Virus record (IMG/VR): IMGVR_UViG_3300045988_003406
Coordinates: 1 to 5,176 of that record
DNA from: a virus
Length of the DNA: 5,176 nt
Strand: one strand, 5' to 3'
Shown here: piece by piece, positions 4,260 to 5,176 of the stretch
How positions within the stretch are numbered: the stretch's first letter is position 1
Layout of the letters: every line of letters starts with the position of its first letter
The notes under the pieces: model-generated
What the model saw: only the letters and a program-made list of their open reading frames with translations
The model's database searches: none
Told to the model about the DNA's origin: nothing
Made by a program: the position numbers and the translations under genes

Positions 4260-5176
4260 GTGAGTTGTTTCAACCCTTTGAAGGCATTTGAGATTGGTAC
4301 TTTGCCTTCTGGAAAGAAAGATTTGAAAATAGTACCTTATGGTGTGCATCATTTGGAGATGGATTCGCGTGGAAAGATTATCCCGGTTGGGACTTCGGAT
4401 GTGTCTGCCTATCGTGTGAAGACCTTTACCAAGTGGTCGGAAATTCCTTGTGGTTACTGTGAAGGTTGTCGTATTGCCCGTTCTCGTGAATGGGCTAATC
4501 GTTGCATGATGGAGTTGGAGTATCATAAATCGGCCTATTTTGTTACTTTGACTTATGATGATGACCATGTGCCTGTAAGTTATTATTCTGACCCTGATAC
4601 TGGCGAGGCTATGAAGTCTTTGACACTTCGGAAACGTGACTTCCAGCTTTTTATGAAACGGCTTCGAAAGGCTTTCCCGGATTGTCATATTCGTTATTAT
4701 GCTTGTGGTGAGTATGGCTCTCAGACGTTGCGGCCTCACTATCATGCAATTATTTATGGTCTCGAGCTTGATGACCTAGAGGTCTATCGTGATGTCCGGC
4801 GTGGTGATGTCGGATATCAGTATTTTACATCTAAGTCTTTACAAGATGTTTGGTCTGTGATAGCTTTAGAGCAAGCAAAGTATAACTCCCCTTGCAGGAT
4901 ACCCCTTGGATATGTCTTGGTTGGTAATGTTACCTGGGAGACTTGTGCCTATACTGCCAGGTATGTGCTCAAGAAGCATTATGGTGCCGAATCTCAAGTG
5001 TATGAGGAGTTTAATGTCGAACCGGAATTTGTGCTTATGTCCCGTCGGCCTGGTATAGCTCGGCAATGGTATGAAGATCATCCAGGTATCTATGAGTATG
5101 ACAGTATAAATTTGTCTACCAGTAAAGGCGGTATGAAGATACGTCCCCCTAAGTATTTTGATAAGCTGTTTGATTT
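4260..5176 (+). CDS. VP4: Replication initiator protein (VP4-like, HUH superfamily rolling-circle Rep). N-terminal 306 codons in this window; the ORF runs off the 3' end and completes at 293 via the circular junction
   Basis: GTG 4260 is preceded by AGAGGTG (4247..4253) with a 6-nt spacer. The N-terminus M-S-C-F-N-P matches the conserved 'M-x-C-x-x-P' start of gokushovirus VP4. A Cys cluster 'PCGYCEGCR...WANRC' follows. Motif 1 is 'FVTLTYDD'. The HUH motif is 'RPHYHAIIYG'. The catalytic two-tyrosine motif 'CAYTARYVLKK' is comparable to phiX A 'YVAKYVNKK'. There is no stop from 4260 to 5176. The ORF track misses this gene because it has no in-window stop and a GTG start. Confidence 0.9.
   Translation, partial: MSCFNPLKAFEIGTLPSGKKDLKIVPYGVHHLEMDSRGKIIPVGTSDVSAYRVKTFTKWSEIPCGYCEGCRIARSREWANRCMMELEYHKSAYFVTLTYDDDHVPVSYYSDPDTGEAMKSLTLRKRDFQLFMKRLRKAFPDCHIRYYACGEYGSQTLRPHYHAIIYGLELDDLEVYRDVRRGDVGYQYFTSKSLQDVWSVIALEQAKYNSPCRIPLGYVLVGNVTWETCAYTARYVLKKHYGAESQVYEEFNVEPEFVLMSRRPGIARQWYEDHPGIYEYDSINLSTSKGGMKIRPPKYFDKLFD
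5050..5176. repeat. Terminal redundancy copy 2 (identical to 1..127)
   Basis: Exact 127-nt identity with the window start. Confidence 0.9.

Overview
The window is a complete circular ssDNA phage genome of the family Microviridae, gokushovirus-like, linearised with a 127-nt terminal redundancy. Bases 1..127 are identical to 5050..5176, so the unique circle is 5049 nt. All genes lie on the + strand and show strong third-position T bias. Short start/stop overlaps chain them together. Clockwise the genes are: replication initiator (VP4-like HUH Rep), which starts at GTG 4260, runs off the window end and finishes at 293 after wrap-around; a 37-aa highly basic J/ORF8-like protein (308..421), not in the ORF track; a 73-aa hypothetical (418..639); an 87-aa conserved small protein (636..899); the VP3 internal scaffolding protein (892..1392); the VP1 major capsid protein (1392..3062); and the VP2 minor capsid/DNA pilot protein (3185..4158). 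VP2 is split across two frames by a 1-nt shift at an A-run next to the conserved 'KAGLNP' motif. There are only two real non-coding regions. Region 3063..3184 holds a short GC hairpin followed by T5 and an 8-bp hairpin whose stem is an SD-like AAGGAGGG. Region 4159..4259 holds a perfect 15-bp inverted repeat whose 11-nt loop carries CTTGATAT. These 8 nt match the core of the phiX174 gene-A nick site, which makes this hairpin the best candidate for the rolling-circle (+)-strand origin. Minus-strand and alternate-frame ORFs in the track look like compositional artefacts.
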